The notes under the pieces were generated by a model. It did no database searches. It worked only from the letters and a program-made list of their open reading frames with translations, and was not told the origin of the DNA. Shown here piece by piece: positions 20,273-29,231 of a DNA stretch of 64,000 bases; within the stretch, counting starts at the first letter, position 1; every line of letters starts with the position of its first letter. This DNA is from Candidatus Kaiserbacteria bacterium (lineage in GTDB: Bacteria > Patescibacteriota > Minisyncoccia > Phycocordibacterales > UBA918), in the NCBI GenBank assembly GCA_031430855.1, contig JANPCG010000013.1, positions 26,347 to 90,346 on the forward strand, in the 5' to 3' direction. Position numbers and translations under genes: made by a program.

Positions 20273-20301
20273 GGCAAAACATAATGGGATTATGTTTTGC
20301 C
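20273..20301 (+). terminator. Hairpin ending the non-coding region upstream of the NUDIX gene
   Basis: ggcaaaacataat-ggga-ttatgttttgcc. Confidence 0.4.
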
Positions 20302-20341
20302 GTGACCGCCCCCGCCCCAAAATTTGCTATACTGACAATCT

Positions 20342-20758
20342 ATGGAAATTAAAAACGGTTACTACAGGCTCAGCGTAAAGGCACTTATTTTTGACTATAC
20401 GCTAACAAAATTTCTACTAGTTCAAGAAGATAACGGTAAATGGGAGCTACCTGGAGGTGGTTTAGATTGGGGAGAGAGTCCCGAGGAGGGAATCCGGCGC
20501 GAGATAAAAGAAGAGATGGGGCTTACAGTTACTTGTGTCGCAAGTCAGCCGACATATCTCACAACTGTCGCCCGGGATAGTGATGGTAGGTGGATAGCAA
20601 ATGTGCTATTTGAAACAGAAGTGAAAGACTTTAATTTCACTCCATCAAATGAATGTGTGGCATTAAAATTTGTTACGCCAGAAGAAGCAAAAAATTTACC
20701 TTTGTTTATTACGTTTAAAAAATTCTTAGAAGTTTTTGATGTAAATAATCATCTTTAG
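20342..20758 (+). CDS. NUDIX hydrolase
   Basis: Nudix box GGGLDWGESPEEGIRREIKEEMGL. Confidence 0.8.
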   Translation: MEIKNGYYRLSVKALIFDYTLTKFLLVQEDNGKWELPGGGLDWGESPEEGIRREIKEEMGLTVTCVASQPTYLTTVARDSDGRWIANVLFETEVKDFNFTPSNECVALKFVTPEEAKNLPLFITFKKFLEVFDVNNHL

Positions 20759-20831
20759 ATCACTTACTAAGATCGACTCCAACCTTTTTGCCTTTCTCGT
20801 AGTTCTAATCTATAGAAGCCAAAGGAGTTAA

Positions 20832-21164
20832 ATGATGAAACAACAACAACTCACTTTCACCGGAACCAGATTTTCAGCAGAAAGAAATAACCTCGAGGTC
20901 GGGCACGCGTATGTCTATCTGCTCCATAACGATTTACATGCCGAACCGTTTGCGCTGATTGAAGATATTCAGGTAGATGAAACTCATCAGGGTGAAGGAG
21001 TGGGTCGTGAGCTGATTGAGGCAGTTATGTCACATTCTCGCGAACGTGGTTGTTATAAAATCATTGCGACAAGTCGTAATGACGGCACTCGAGCAAGTGT
21101 TCACGATTGGTATGGGAGACTTGGATTCCAATCCTACGGAACCGAATTCAGAATGGATCTGTGA
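20832..21164 (+). CDS. GNAT-family N-acetyltransferase (small)
   Basis: Motif A VDETHQGEGVGRELIE. Confidence 0.65.
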   Translation: MMKQQQLTFTGTRFSAERNNLEVGHAYVYLLHNDLHAEPFALIEDIQVDETHQGEGVGRELIEAVMSHSRERGCYKIIATSRNDGTRASVHDWYGRLGFQSYGTEFRMDL

Positions 21165-21242
21165 AAACCTGACCTGCCTCCTTGACTAAAGTGTAAAGTC
21201 TTATATTGTATTTTCATACAGCATTTATGGGAGAAGTATAAA

Positions 21243-21620
21243 ATGCTCGATGGTAAGACGGATGGTTCTTTTGCTGACATCGCGCGTCAGTTGAGCGCCA
21301 ACAACAGCACGGCTGCGTTTGGTCGACTGATGGAAATGATGTATCAGGTTCAGTTTCTGTCACCAGAGGAAGTTGTTCCTCTCTGGCGCGTCTTGTACCT
21401 GATTCATCCGACTCTGCCTGCTAATTCCGTCGAGTGGAATGCCTGCAAGCAGATGCGTGATCTGGCCTGGGTGAGAATGCTCGACATCCTCCATTCCGCA
21501 GATTTCTATGACTACAACACGACGCAGGTCAGGGCAATCATTGGCGAATATTCGGAAAAGCCGGTGGAAAAAACTCGGACGAAGCTTCGATTCCTCGCTC
21601 ACGTGTTTGGCAGGAGATGA
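21243..21620 (+). CDS. Hypothetical protein with compositionally atypical (higher GC) sequence
   Basis: 125-aa ORF. GC-rich third positions unlike its neighbours. Confidence 0.4.
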   Translation: MLDGKTDGSFADIARQLSANNSTAAFGRLMEMMYQVQFLSPEEVVPLWRVLYLIHPTLPANSVEWNACKQMRDLAWVRMLDILHSADFYDYNTTQVRAIIGEYSEKPVEKTRTKLRFLAHVFGRR

Positions 21621-21627
21621 CACAGAC

Positions 21628-21662
21628 GAAAGAGGCGGTCCCACGGGACCGCCTCTTTTTCC
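21628..21662. terminator. Bidirectional terminator
   Basis: aaagaggcggtcc-cacg-ggaccgcctcttttt. Confidence 0.6.
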
Positions 21663-22184
21663 TTACGGCTTGTGTACCTGAGACTTCACCTTGAGTTGCG
21701 TACTGCGGTTCTTGTCGAGCTTCGGTAGTCTAATCTCGAGCAGTCCATGCTTCTCTTGCGCATCAGCTTCGTCAATAATCACTTCTTCGGGGAGCAGTAG
21801 AGTGCGAGTGAAGCTGCCCCAGAACAGTTCACGGTGGAAGTAGTTATCATCTGACGCTTCCTGATATTCCTCGCGGATACCACGAATGGTTACCATATCG
21901 CGGGTAATAGCGATATCAAGATCATTTGGGCTGACTCCCGCTACTAAGGCCCGAATGATGATAGCATCATTGGTTTGGTACATATCAACCGGTAGCTCAC
22001 CTTCTTGCGGAGTATGGTCTTCGTTCGGGTCGTCGTGCCATGATTCTTCTTGGTCGCTGTAGGGCTGTTGAGCACGAGGCGCATCTTCTTCAGCGCCAAA
22101 TTCATGCTCATCATCAAGAATACGATCGTATTCGCTTGCGCTAACGCCGCCCGTAAGTCGTTCTAAAAATGATGGTTTTTTCAT
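21663..22184 (-). CDS. Hsp20/alpha-crystallin family small heat-shock protein
   Basis: ACD domain pattern (VDMYQTNDAIIIRA..., ...LLEIRLPK) with an acidic N-terminal region. Confidence 0.8.
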   Translation of the reverse strand: MKKPSFLERLTGGVSASEYDRILDDEHEFGAEEDAPRAQQPYSDQEESWHDDPNEDHTPQEGELPVDMYQTNDAIIIRALVAGVSPNDLDIAITRDMVTIRGIREEYQEASDDNYFHRELFWGSFTRTLLLPEEVIIDEADAQEKHGLLEIRLPKLDKNRSTQLKVKSQVHKP

Positions 22185-22187
22185 AGT

Positions 22188-22886
22188 TTATTGTAGGGGA
22201 TAGGATTTCGCTTCAATGTGTTTTATTTTTTCAAATAGCAAGAAGAGAATAATGATTCCAATCCAGACGAAGAGAAACACTCCAAGGATAGTTTCTCCGC
22301 TTGCATCCATTATAAAAAAGTTAAACAGGGCATGCAATACGATAGCAAGGCATAACCCCAGCATACCATAGAGTAACTTAGCCGCATTTGATTTATAAAA
22401 GGCAAAAGCTAAGAATACTCCCACGGTACCCGAGGCTAATACATGCAGGAGGGTAGCACCTAAGAAACGGAATGAACCAGTCAAGGTTGAGTTTAGGTAG
22501 TCACCAATAGTAATCGGATTAAGTATAAACAGAGCATTTTCAAGAGCCGCAAATCCTAACGCAATCGTAACCATGTAAATCACCATATCAATTGGTTCAT
22601 CAACGGCTCTATTCCAAAAGATGATAGCGAGAGCGAGAGCATATTTTAATACTTCTTCAATGATAACCCAAACATAAATCAAGTTATGTCCAGCGTAGAG
22701 GTCAATGGCGAGTCGCTGGAGGGGGAGTGCGAGAGGTACTACTGCCATACCCGCGATAAAGGTGATGGCAATCAGCAGGTATGGTTCGGGATGTTTTTTG
22801 TCTTCACGCAGCCAAAACCAAAGCCAAAATAAGGCGGGGATTAATCCGCTTACAATTGCAATTGCAAAGTGCGTTGAGTCAACCAT
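22188..22886 (-). CDS. prsW: PrsW-family intramembrane protease
   Basis: Polytopic membrane protein with EEVLKYALA and GFAALENALF motifs. Start placed at MVDSTHF, because the longer ORF start lies inside a GC palindrome. Confidence 0.6.
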   Translation of the reverse strand: MVDSTHFAIAIVSGLIPALFWLWFWLREDKKHPEPYLLIAITFIAGMAVVPLALPLQRLAIDLYAGHNLIYVWVIIEEVLKYALALAIIFWNRAVDEPIDMVIYMVTIALGFAALENALFILNPITIGDYLNSTLTGSFRFLGATLLHVLASGTVGVFLAFAFYKSNAAKLLYGMLGLCLAIVLHALFNFFIMDASGETILGVFLFVWIGIIILFLLFEKIKHIEAKSYPLQ

Positions 22887-22906
22887 ATGAGACGTCTTTA
22901 TTGTAG

Positions 22907-22940
22907 CAAGAAAGTGTGCGGCCGGGCGGCCGCACACTGT
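22907..22940 (-). terminator. valS terminator (perfect GC palindrome)
   Basis: gtgtgcggccg-ggc-ggccgcacac, followed on the minus strand by a T-rich run. Confidence 0.5.
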
Positions 22941-22970
22941 ACATCTGGTGTAGCCAGAAGCGCGAAAAGG

Positions 22971-25160
22971 TTACTTCGAACCTGGCCATTTTGCGACCAT
23001 AATCATGTCAGAGTCTTTCATTTCAGCTGGTAATTCCTGCCAAATAGCTTCGGTGATAAACGGCATGTATGGATGCAAAACCTTTAGTGAAGTAATGAGG
23101 TGTGTAACCAAGAGGCGTTTTTGTGACTGCACAACCTTTACATCAGTGGAAGCGAGGAGTGGTTTTGAAGCTTCAATTAACTCATCGGCAAAATAGGTCC
23201 AGACAAAGTGGTAAATTCTCTCAGATGCCAAATCAAACCGGTTGTTGTCCATTAGTGAACTAATTTCAGTAATCTGTGCCGTTAAGATTGTATTGATGAT
23301 TTCAGCATCGGTTTCAGTGAAAGGAGCGTTCGGTTGGTACTCTTCTGTTGAAGAGAGAACAAAGCGAGTGATATTCCAAATCTTGTTCGCAAATTTCTTG
23401 TAGGCGTTGACCTTGTCTGGGTCGAGATTCATGTCAGACCCTGGCGCATTATTTACCATCAGTGCCATCCGTAAGGCGTCAGTTCCATATTTATCTTGAA
23501 TCTCACTCGGAGCAATGACATTTCCCTTACTCTTACTCATTTTTTTACCGTGTTTGTCTCGGACCATACCATGGAGGTACACGTACTTAAATGGCACATT
23601 GCCTGTCCGGTAGAGTCCCAGCATAATCATGCGAGCTACCCAGAAGAAAATGATGTCTTTACCGGTTTCCATGACTGAAGTTGGGTAGTAGTTTTTGAAA
23701 TCAGTACTGTCGGGGTAGTTAAGAGTTGCTAATGGCCATTGCCCGCTACTAAACCAGGTATCAAAGGTATCAGGGTCAGCCACGACTGTACCTCCGCACG
23801 CAGTACATTCAGTTACCGTGTTAGCTAAATCCACCATCCCGGCATCACAATCAACACAGATTTTGGCCGGAATCGGAATGCCCCAAATGACCTGGCGGGA
23901 AATGTTCCAGTCTTCGATTTTGTCCATCCAATCACGGAACACACGTTCATCCCGGTCAGTTGAGAAGGAAAACGCTTTGGCGTTGACCGCTGCTACGGCT
24001 TTTTCCGCTAAAGGTTTGGTTTTAACAAACCACTGTGCCCGGATTTGCGGTTCAATTTCTCGGTCACACTTGTAGCAACAGGGAACTGAGTGAGTATAAT
24101 TTTCATCAACTCGCACCAGCAGTCCCTTCTCGGCTAATTTCTCGACAATTTTTTCGCGCGCCTCCTTGATATTCATTCCCGTAAACTCACCGGCAATCGG
24201 TAAGAGTTTACCTTGCCAGTTTATAATTTGTTCGTAGTCGAGGTTGTGGCGTTTTGCTACCTGAAAGTCGATACCTGAATGCCAGGGCGTGATGGTCATT
24301 GCCCCGGAACCCATCTCAGGATCACCAGCCTCATCTTTAATAACCGTTGCGGTAATTGGACCATTAATCCATTCTAGTTCAATTTGTTGACCATGAGTGT
24401 ACTGCGCATACTGAGCATCATCAGGATGCATCACTACGTACTTGTCACCAAATTTCGTTTCAGGGCGGGCCGTTCCAATCACAAATGGTCCATATTGAAA
24501 ATAATAGAATTTATCGACGCGTTCAATGTGTTCAGTCTCGAGGTTTGAAAGCGAGGTCTGATGTTTTGAACACCAGTTCACAATCCGAGCACCCCGGTAG
24601 AGGAGATTATCTTTTTCGAGCTGTAGGAACGTATCGTAGACTGTTTTAATCACTCGGTCATCAAGCGTAAAAAGAGCACGTGACCAATCACATGAGGCAC
24701 CAAGCGCTCGGATTTGTCCTTCCATAAATGATTTGTTGGACAGCGTAAAATCCATGATTTCCTTGTAGAGGTCCTTGGGGTCCATCGTAAATCGTGAACG
24801 CCCCTCCTTTTCGAGCTTCTTTTCATATACCACTTGTGTTTCAAAGCCAGCGTGGTCAGCACCAGGTAGCCACAGGGTTCGTTTTCCTTGCATACGAGCA
24901 TAGCGAATCATAATGTCTTGTATGGTCACAAAGAGTGCGTGTCCAGCATGGAGAGAACCATTTGCGTTTGGCGGTGGCATGACAATCGAAAATGTTTCAG
25001 CATCAGAGGCAGTGATGCCTTTCTCAATACAGACATCAGGATTAAAATACCCCGAATTTTCCCACATCGCGTATAGCTTGTTCTCGTAGTCTTGAGCACT
25101 AAAGGGCTTTAGAAAGATTGGCGGAATATTAGGGATTTCAGCGTTATTTTGTGGGTTCAT
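22971..25160 (-). CDS. valS: Valine--tRNA ligase
   Basis: HIGH region PPPNANGSLHAGHA...LWLPGADHAGFETQ, KMSKS (KMSKSKGNV), and the editing domain. Start placed at MNPQNN. Confidence 0.9.
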   Translation of the reverse strand: MNPQNNAEIPNIPPIFLKPFSAQDYENKLYAMWENSGYFNPDVCIEKGITASDAETFSIVMPPPNANGSLHAGHALFVTIQDIMIRYARMQGKRTLWLPGADHAGFETQVVYEKKLEKEGRSRFTMDPKDLYKEIMDFTLSNKSFMEGQIRALGASCDWSRALFTLDDRVIKTVYDTFLQLEKDNLLYRGARIVNWCSKHQTSLSNLETEHIERVDKFYYFQYGPFVIGTARPETKFGDKYVVMHPDDAQYAQYTHGQQIELEWINGPITATVIKDEAGDPEMGSGAMTITPWHSGIDFQVAKRHNLDYEQIINWQGKLLPIAGEFTGMNIKEAREKIVEKLAEKGLLVRVDENYTHSVPCCYKCDREIEPQIRAQWFVKTKPLAEKAVAAVNAKAFSFSTDRDERVFRDWMDKIEDWNISRQVIWGIPIPAKICVDCDAGMVDLANTVTECTACGGTVVADPDTFDTWFSSGQWPLATLNYPDSTDFKNYYPTSVMETGKDIIFFWVARMIMLGLYRTGNVPFKYVYLHGMVRDKHGKKMSKSKGNVIAPSEIQDKYGTDALRMALMVNNAPGSDMNLDPDKVNAYKKFANKIWNITRFVLSSTEEYQPNAPFTETDAEIINTILTAQITEISSLMDNNRFDLASERIYHFVWTYFADELIEASKPLLASTDVKVVQSQKRLLVTHLITSLKVLHPYMPFITEAIWQELPAEMKDSDMIMVAKWPGSK

Positions 25161-25206
25161 AGTTTTGAAATCGTAGCATGAAATACTAGGGAGAGAAAGG
25201 AAAACC

Positions 25207-25232
25207 CGCACGCGCTCACGCGTGCGGGGGAA
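25207..25232 (-). terminator. Hairpin between the small ORF and valS (terminator or attenuator)
   Basis: cccgcacgcg-ctca-cgcgtgcggg, a perfect 10-bp stem, followed on the minus strand by ttttcctttctct. Confidence 0.45.
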
Positions 25233-25239
25233 GACCTCA

Positions 25240-25410
25240 TTAGAGGTCAGTCACAAACTCATCGTCCGGTCTTTTCCAGCCCGAAAAAGGGTTGGGTGCC
25301 GTTTTTTCGGCAGGATCGAGAACTGGTTTCTTTTTGTCTTCACCAGCGCCCTCTTTGGCATTAGTGGGAAAGACGGGTGATTGGTTGCCTTCAGGAACAA
25401 ACGTGGTCAT
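25240..25410 (-). CDS. Small hypothetical ORF (56 aa) in the valS leader
   Basis: ORF from MTTFVPEG. The upstream part of the longer ORF overlaps a hairpin, so the longer form is not credible. Confidence 0.25.
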   Translation of the reverse strand: MTTFVPEGNQSPVFPTNAKEGAGEDKKKPVLDPAEKTAPNPFSGWKRPDDEFVTDL

Positions 25411-25496
25411 GATATTTTCCTTTCCCTCATTCGACACGCCTTTTGCGGGTCGAGGGGGCAGGTTTTGTATAAAACAATCCGGCTCGACCAACAAAA

Positions 25497-25530
25497 AACG
25501 GGGTTCCCGTTTTGGGAACCCCGTTTCGTT
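25497..25530 (-). promoter_or_regulatory. Leader hairpin with an alternative pairing partner (candidate attenuator)
   Basis: aacggggttccc-gtttt-gggaaccccgtt, then a T-run on the minus strand. Upstream GGGAACCC can pair with the 5' arm. Confidence 0.4.
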
Positions 25531-25872
25531 TGGTGTGATAGTTATTTTGACATCACGAACACAAACCCAGGGTTCCCGGTGGTAAACCAAAAAAAGAAAT
25601 AGGCAACTGCGTGTGCTGTCTGCATGTTTTTAGATAGTATCACAAAAATAAAAAAGACAAAATTAAGTCCTAGGGGTACCCAATAGAACCAGGAAGGGTT
25701 CAAAAGTTTAAATTACAATACACATTTACCAGGTACGAGGCCTTGCCTCGTACTTACAAAAAATGTGGTGTAATATTTAAAAACTCTATCTAGAGTGAGC
25801 GGTTGCCTTTGGTTTGTAAATTATGATAAAAATCAGACTTTGTAATTAGTGATGATTATTTTATAAAAACAT

Positions 25873-25922
25873 AAACCGCTTTGATGAAACGGCATATGTC
25901 CGTTTTCATCAAAGCGGCTTTT
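25873..25922 (-). terminator. Terminator of the 25923-26684 gene
   Basis: ccgctttgatgaaacgg-catatg-tccgttttcatcaaagcgg, a 17-bp stem with a T-run on both sides. Confidence 0.55.
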
Positions 25923-26684
25923 TCACCAGTAGGCGGTTGGATTGTGACGTAGAGGGAAATGCTGGTCTGCATAAGCCAGAGCATTCAGAGACGTCTGTTG
26001 CTTCGAAGCGGTGTCTCGGTGATAGTGCCACGCGCCCCACTCGGCTTTCTTGCGGTCGAGAAAGAAAACATCGATACCGTCGCAACCCTCGTCGTTTGAC
26101 CAAGGCACCAGTTTAACTGCCGGTACGAGCGTCAGTTCCCCGATCCAGTTGGGGTCGAAATATCCCCGGACCTGTCCCTTTTCATCTTGAAGACAGGCCT
26201 TTGGCAAATATTTCAACCATGAACCACCACGTATTGCCACAGACCAGGTTTCGGGAATGGTGCCGTCGACCGACGTTGCATTTTCGTGGGTTTTTCCGAG
26301 TGTGATACCCCACCGAGCTAGCAGCTCCTGATTTGTCACGCCTGTGTAGATGGGATGTTCGTTGAGTCTCCATGGCATTTCAGATCTTGTCAGTATATCA
26401 GAACGCCTACGAACTATGATCCTGAAGTTTTCTTCAGAAGTTAGAGCTCGCTTTTCGGTGGTTTCGAGCTTTGCTTCTGTTTCAGTAAGACTCTCCATCA
26501 ACCCCGCAATTTTTACCTCAGCAACAATGTATTTGAACGTGACCGAGCGCGGGTGGAATGTTTTCTTGGTTGTTGTGTTGGTGACGGACAGAAAGTCAGT
26601 TTCCAGACCTTCTAGCGCTCGCCAATCGGCACGTATGTCCCACACAACACCGTCTACTTTAAGCGGACGGGTTATTTCTACCAT
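25923..26684 (-). CDS. Hypothetical protein (no recognised domain)
   Basis: 254-aa ORF from MVEITRPL, flanked by an AT-rich intergenic region. Confidence 0.45.
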   Translation of the reverse strand: MVEITRPLKVDGVVWDIRADWRALEGLETDFLSVTNTTTKKTFHPRSVTFKYIVAEVKIAGLMESLTETEAKLETTEKRALTSEENFRIIVRRRSDILTRSEMPWRLNEHPIYTGVTNQELLARWGITLGKTHENATSVDGTIPETWSVAIRGGSWLKYLPKACLQDEKGQVRGYFDPNWIGELTLVPAVKLVPWSNDEGCDGIDVFFLDRKKAEWGAWHYHRDTASKQQTSLNALAYADQHFPLRHNPTAYW

Positions 26685-26762
26685 GGCGTATCTCCCAATT
26701 TTTATGACATGTTGCCACAAATCTATTTCGTATTAAAACAAATAAATATATGAATGTCAATT

Positions 26763-27950
26763 TTATAGACTACGGTTGCCTTCTGCTTGAATAAGAGGAA
26801 TAGCGCCTGCCGTACGGGCGGTAGTTGCGTGCGCGTGACCGGCCAAAGCAATCATTATGCTGTTATCAGTTGAGAGTTTTCGCTTAGGTAAATAGATTTC
26901 AACATCAGGGTGAGTGGTAAGGAGCGTCGTTTCAAAACTGCGGCGAATATATTCGTTTGCACTTACGCCACCACCTATGACTAACGTGTGAGCATTATGA
27001 GTATCAATGGCGGTCGAAGTTTTTTTAATCAAGACTTCGGTCACGGCATCTTCAAAATCTCTGGCGAGAGCATTTTTATCCGTCTCAGTCATGACCGTGT
27101 CACCGATGGAGTTACGGACGGCTGTTTTGATTCCCGAAAATGAGAAATCAAGGTCACCTGACTGCAGCATCGGACGCGGGAGCTTGTCTCTAAATGGTGG
27201 CAGATTTCCGGTTCGTGCAATGGCAGCTCGTTTTCCAACCTCTGGCCCACCAGGGTAGTCTAGTCCCATCATACGCGCGACTTTATCAAAGGCTTCACCA
27301 ACTGCGTCATCCCGGGTCTCACCAATTTTTTCGTATTTGACCCAATCGCGCATGAGAACCAGTTCGGTGTGTCCACCAGAAATCAAAAGGGCAATCGCGG
27401 GGAACTGAATTGGGGCGAGTCCGTCATCAACTTCGACATCAAATACGGACGCGAGCACATGTCCCTCCATGTGATTAACTGGGGAGACCGGACACTTTAA
27501 AACTGCTGCTAATGCCTTCGCGAAACTCACGCCGACCCATAAGGCTGGTGCAAGTCCGGGACCTGAGGTAACGGCAATCAAATCAATTTCAGGCAGTTCG
27601 TAGTCGGTGAGAAAGGTTAGCAGTGCATCACTGAGTCCGTCTTCACGTTCAAGCAAGGTAGAGATATTTTGTAGAATGCTTTCTGATACGGCAGTAGTGG
27701 CAGGAATGAGTAGTTCTGCTTCACTCAGGGCTTCTTTGAGGATAGGAACTAATTTAAGCGCGTGTTCACGCTTAGCGACCTGAGGAAAGACACCGCCAAA
27801 TTCTTTATGGATATCGATTTGTGAAAACAGGGCGTTCCCTAAAATTTCATAGGTTGCACTCGGAAAATCTCCGGTGGCCCGGACGAGGCTGATGGCCGTT
27901 TCATCACAGCTTGTTTCAATTGAGAGAATTAACATACAGGTATCCGCCAC
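26763..27950 (-). CDS. tsaD: tRNA N6-adenosine threonylcarbamoyltransferase TsaD (Kae1/Gcp)
   Basis: ILSIETSCDETAISLV N-terminus, HMEGH motif, ASKHA fold. Confidence 0.85.
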   Translation of the reverse strand: MADTCMLILSIETSCDETAISLVRATGDFPSATYEILGNALFSQIDIHKEFGGVFPQVAKREHALKLVPILKEALSEAELLIPATTAVSESILQNISTLLEREDGLSDALLTFLTDYELPEIDLIAVTSGPGLAPALWVGVSFAKALAAVLKCPVSPVNHMEGHVLASVFDVEVDDGLAPIQFPAIALLISGGHTELVLMRDWVKYEKIGETRDDAVGEAFDKVARMMGLDYPGGPEVGKRAAIARTGNLPPFRDKLPRPMLQSGDLDFSFSGIKTAVRNSIGDTVMTETDKNALARDFEDAVTEVLIKKTSTAIDTHNAHTLVIGGGVSANEYIRRSFETTLLTTHPDVEIYLPKRKLSTDNSIMIALAGHAHATTARTAGAIPLIQAEGNRSL

Positions 27951-27989
27951 TATAGCAGAAAACCTCGTTTCTACTAGATGTACTCTCTT

Positions 27990-28889
27990 TTATGACAAAA
28001 AGGTAAAGGGGAGGGAAGAAAAGTCAGGGACGCGAATGCTGGCAGCGTTTTTGTGGCCACCACCACCAAACTTTTCAGCTATCGTGCGTGCATCGACTTC
28101 TTTACTGCTCCGGAGCGAGCAATGAACGGCACCATCATAACGATAGTACACAATTCCAAGGCCGATGCGACCTTCTTGTTTGTTTAAGTCTGCCAGATGG
28201 TGTCCAACAATTGACCGGTAGAGTCGCTCCGCATTCACGACGTATAGCTCATGTCCTTCGAATGAGACACGTTCCCGGAACCCTACAATCTTTTCGACGA
28301 TGGTATCTTCGAAGCGTGAAATGATATCACCATGTTCAATAAATTTATTAAAATGCAGGCGGTCCTCGAGGTTTTGGTTTAGCTGATGCCAGGTTTCAAA
28401 ATCCTGAGTGTATTCACCTAAGGCGGCAGAAAATTCGCGAGTATGTTCCATCGATTTTTTCCAAATATCTTGGTCTTCAATATATAAGAGTAATTTAGGG
28501 ACGGGTGTATCAGGGTGGAAATACTGCCAGGTCAATACAGCACCAGAGTGGTTGTTATCAAATACGTTGCCGGGGAAGCTCGTGACTGCGTCTTGTCCAC
28601 TTTCATGGTGATCAATCACGACTACTTTTTTATTGGTCGCGACGAGTTCGTCTAAAATTTCTTTACTATAGCTATAGTCAACAATGTAGAGCTCTTTGTT
28701 CGTCAGTCCCTCTGGTCGATCGTCTTGGGTTTTGACGGGAATGTATGAGGCTTCGTCTCCGAACACGGTCCACGCAGCATAGGCTGAGCCAAATCCGTCG
28801 CGGCATTGGGCATGGTAAATAATAACGATGTCTTTAAGATGTGGTGAAGTCATATGGGAATTAGTATACCATCCAAAAAATTGAGACAA
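27990..28889 (-). CDS. nrnA: DHH-family phosphoesterase with DHHA1 domain (NrnA-like nanoRNase/pAp phosphatase)
   Basis: Motifs DGFGSA, IDHH and GGGH. Alternative start MTSPHL at 28853. Confidence 0.7.
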   Translation of the reverse strand: MSQFFGWYTNSHMTSPHLKDIVIIYHAQCRDGFGSAYAAWTVFGDEASYIPVKTQDDRPEGLTNKELYIVDYSYSKEILDELVATNKKVVVIDHHESGQDAVTSFPGNVFDNNHSGAVLTWQYFHPDTPVPKLLLYIEDQDIWKKSMEHTREFSAALGEYTQDFETWHQLNQNLEDRLHFNKFIEHGDIISRFEDTIVEKIVGFRERVSFEGHELYVVNAERLYRSIVGHHLADLNKQEGRIGLGIVYYRYDGAVHCSLRSSKEVDARTIAEKFGGGGHKNAASIRVPDFSSLPFTFLS

Positions 28890-29053
28890 AAATAAAGCGC
28901 GTTCCAGGGAGACGCGCCTTGTGGTAGGAGAGGGGTGGACCGCTAAGGCCCGTGGGTGTCAAAGCAGTAGTCTGCCTCTCCTCCAAATATAATACTCCTT
29001 ATTATTTATATGTAAAGGGGAGGTGGGGATAACGTATTACTGGTCGTCCTGAC

Positions 29054-29102
29054 GGTCACAAATTCGCTTGCGCTCATAAGTGCCGTGGGACACGACTCGC
29101 GG
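29054..29102 (+). repeat. Degenerate copy of the GGTCAC...TAAGTG repeat family (A-unit)
   Basis: ggtcacaaattcgcttgcgctcataagtgccgtggg. Shares TTCGCT-N2-CGCTC-ATAAGTGC with the 36.4-kb copies. tcctgacggtcac is also found at 34473-34485. Confidence 0.35.
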
Positions 29103-29175
29103 TTTCGGCATTAGGAATAGCCGAAACAACGCTCCGTCGTTCGATCCCTGGACGAAACATGCGCAGGCATGTTTC

Positions 29176-29231
29176 TTATGCGCACAAAATAAAACCGCCC
29201 AGGAGGGCGGTTTTATTTTGTGCGCATACCA
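29176..29231. terminator. 52-nt perfect palindrome that includes the tRNA-Val 3' acceptor end and acts as its terminator
   Basis: tatgcgcacaaaataaaaccgccc-agga-gggcggttttattttgtgcgcata. Confidence 0.5.

Larger units (their letters stand above)
19864..20301 (+). ncRNA. Candidate structured non-coding RNA region downstream of tRNA-Phe (unclassified)
   Basis: About 440 nt with no credible ORF. Nested perfect hairpins with GNRA loops (GCAA, GTAA), 37-nt direct repeats at 19876-19912 and 20061-20097, and a terminal hairpin at 20273-20301. Confidence 0.3.

Noticed and set aside
19864-20301. tmRNA (ssrA) hypothesis for the structured region after tRNA-Phe
   Set aside because: No tRNA-like T-arm (GGTTCGA..TCC), no plausible tag-peptide reading frame ending in a resume/stop context, and no CCA-proximal acceptor pairing.
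22887-22937. N-terminal extension MCGRPAAHFLATIKTSH of the prsW ORF
   Set aside because: This stretch is the perfect GC palindrome that serves as the valS terminator. The likely start is the downstream Met.
25497-25620. T-box riboswitch call for the valS leader
   Set aside because: No AGGGTGGNACCGCG-type T-box consensus or specifier-loop geometry could be identified. It is retained only as a generic attenuator candidate.
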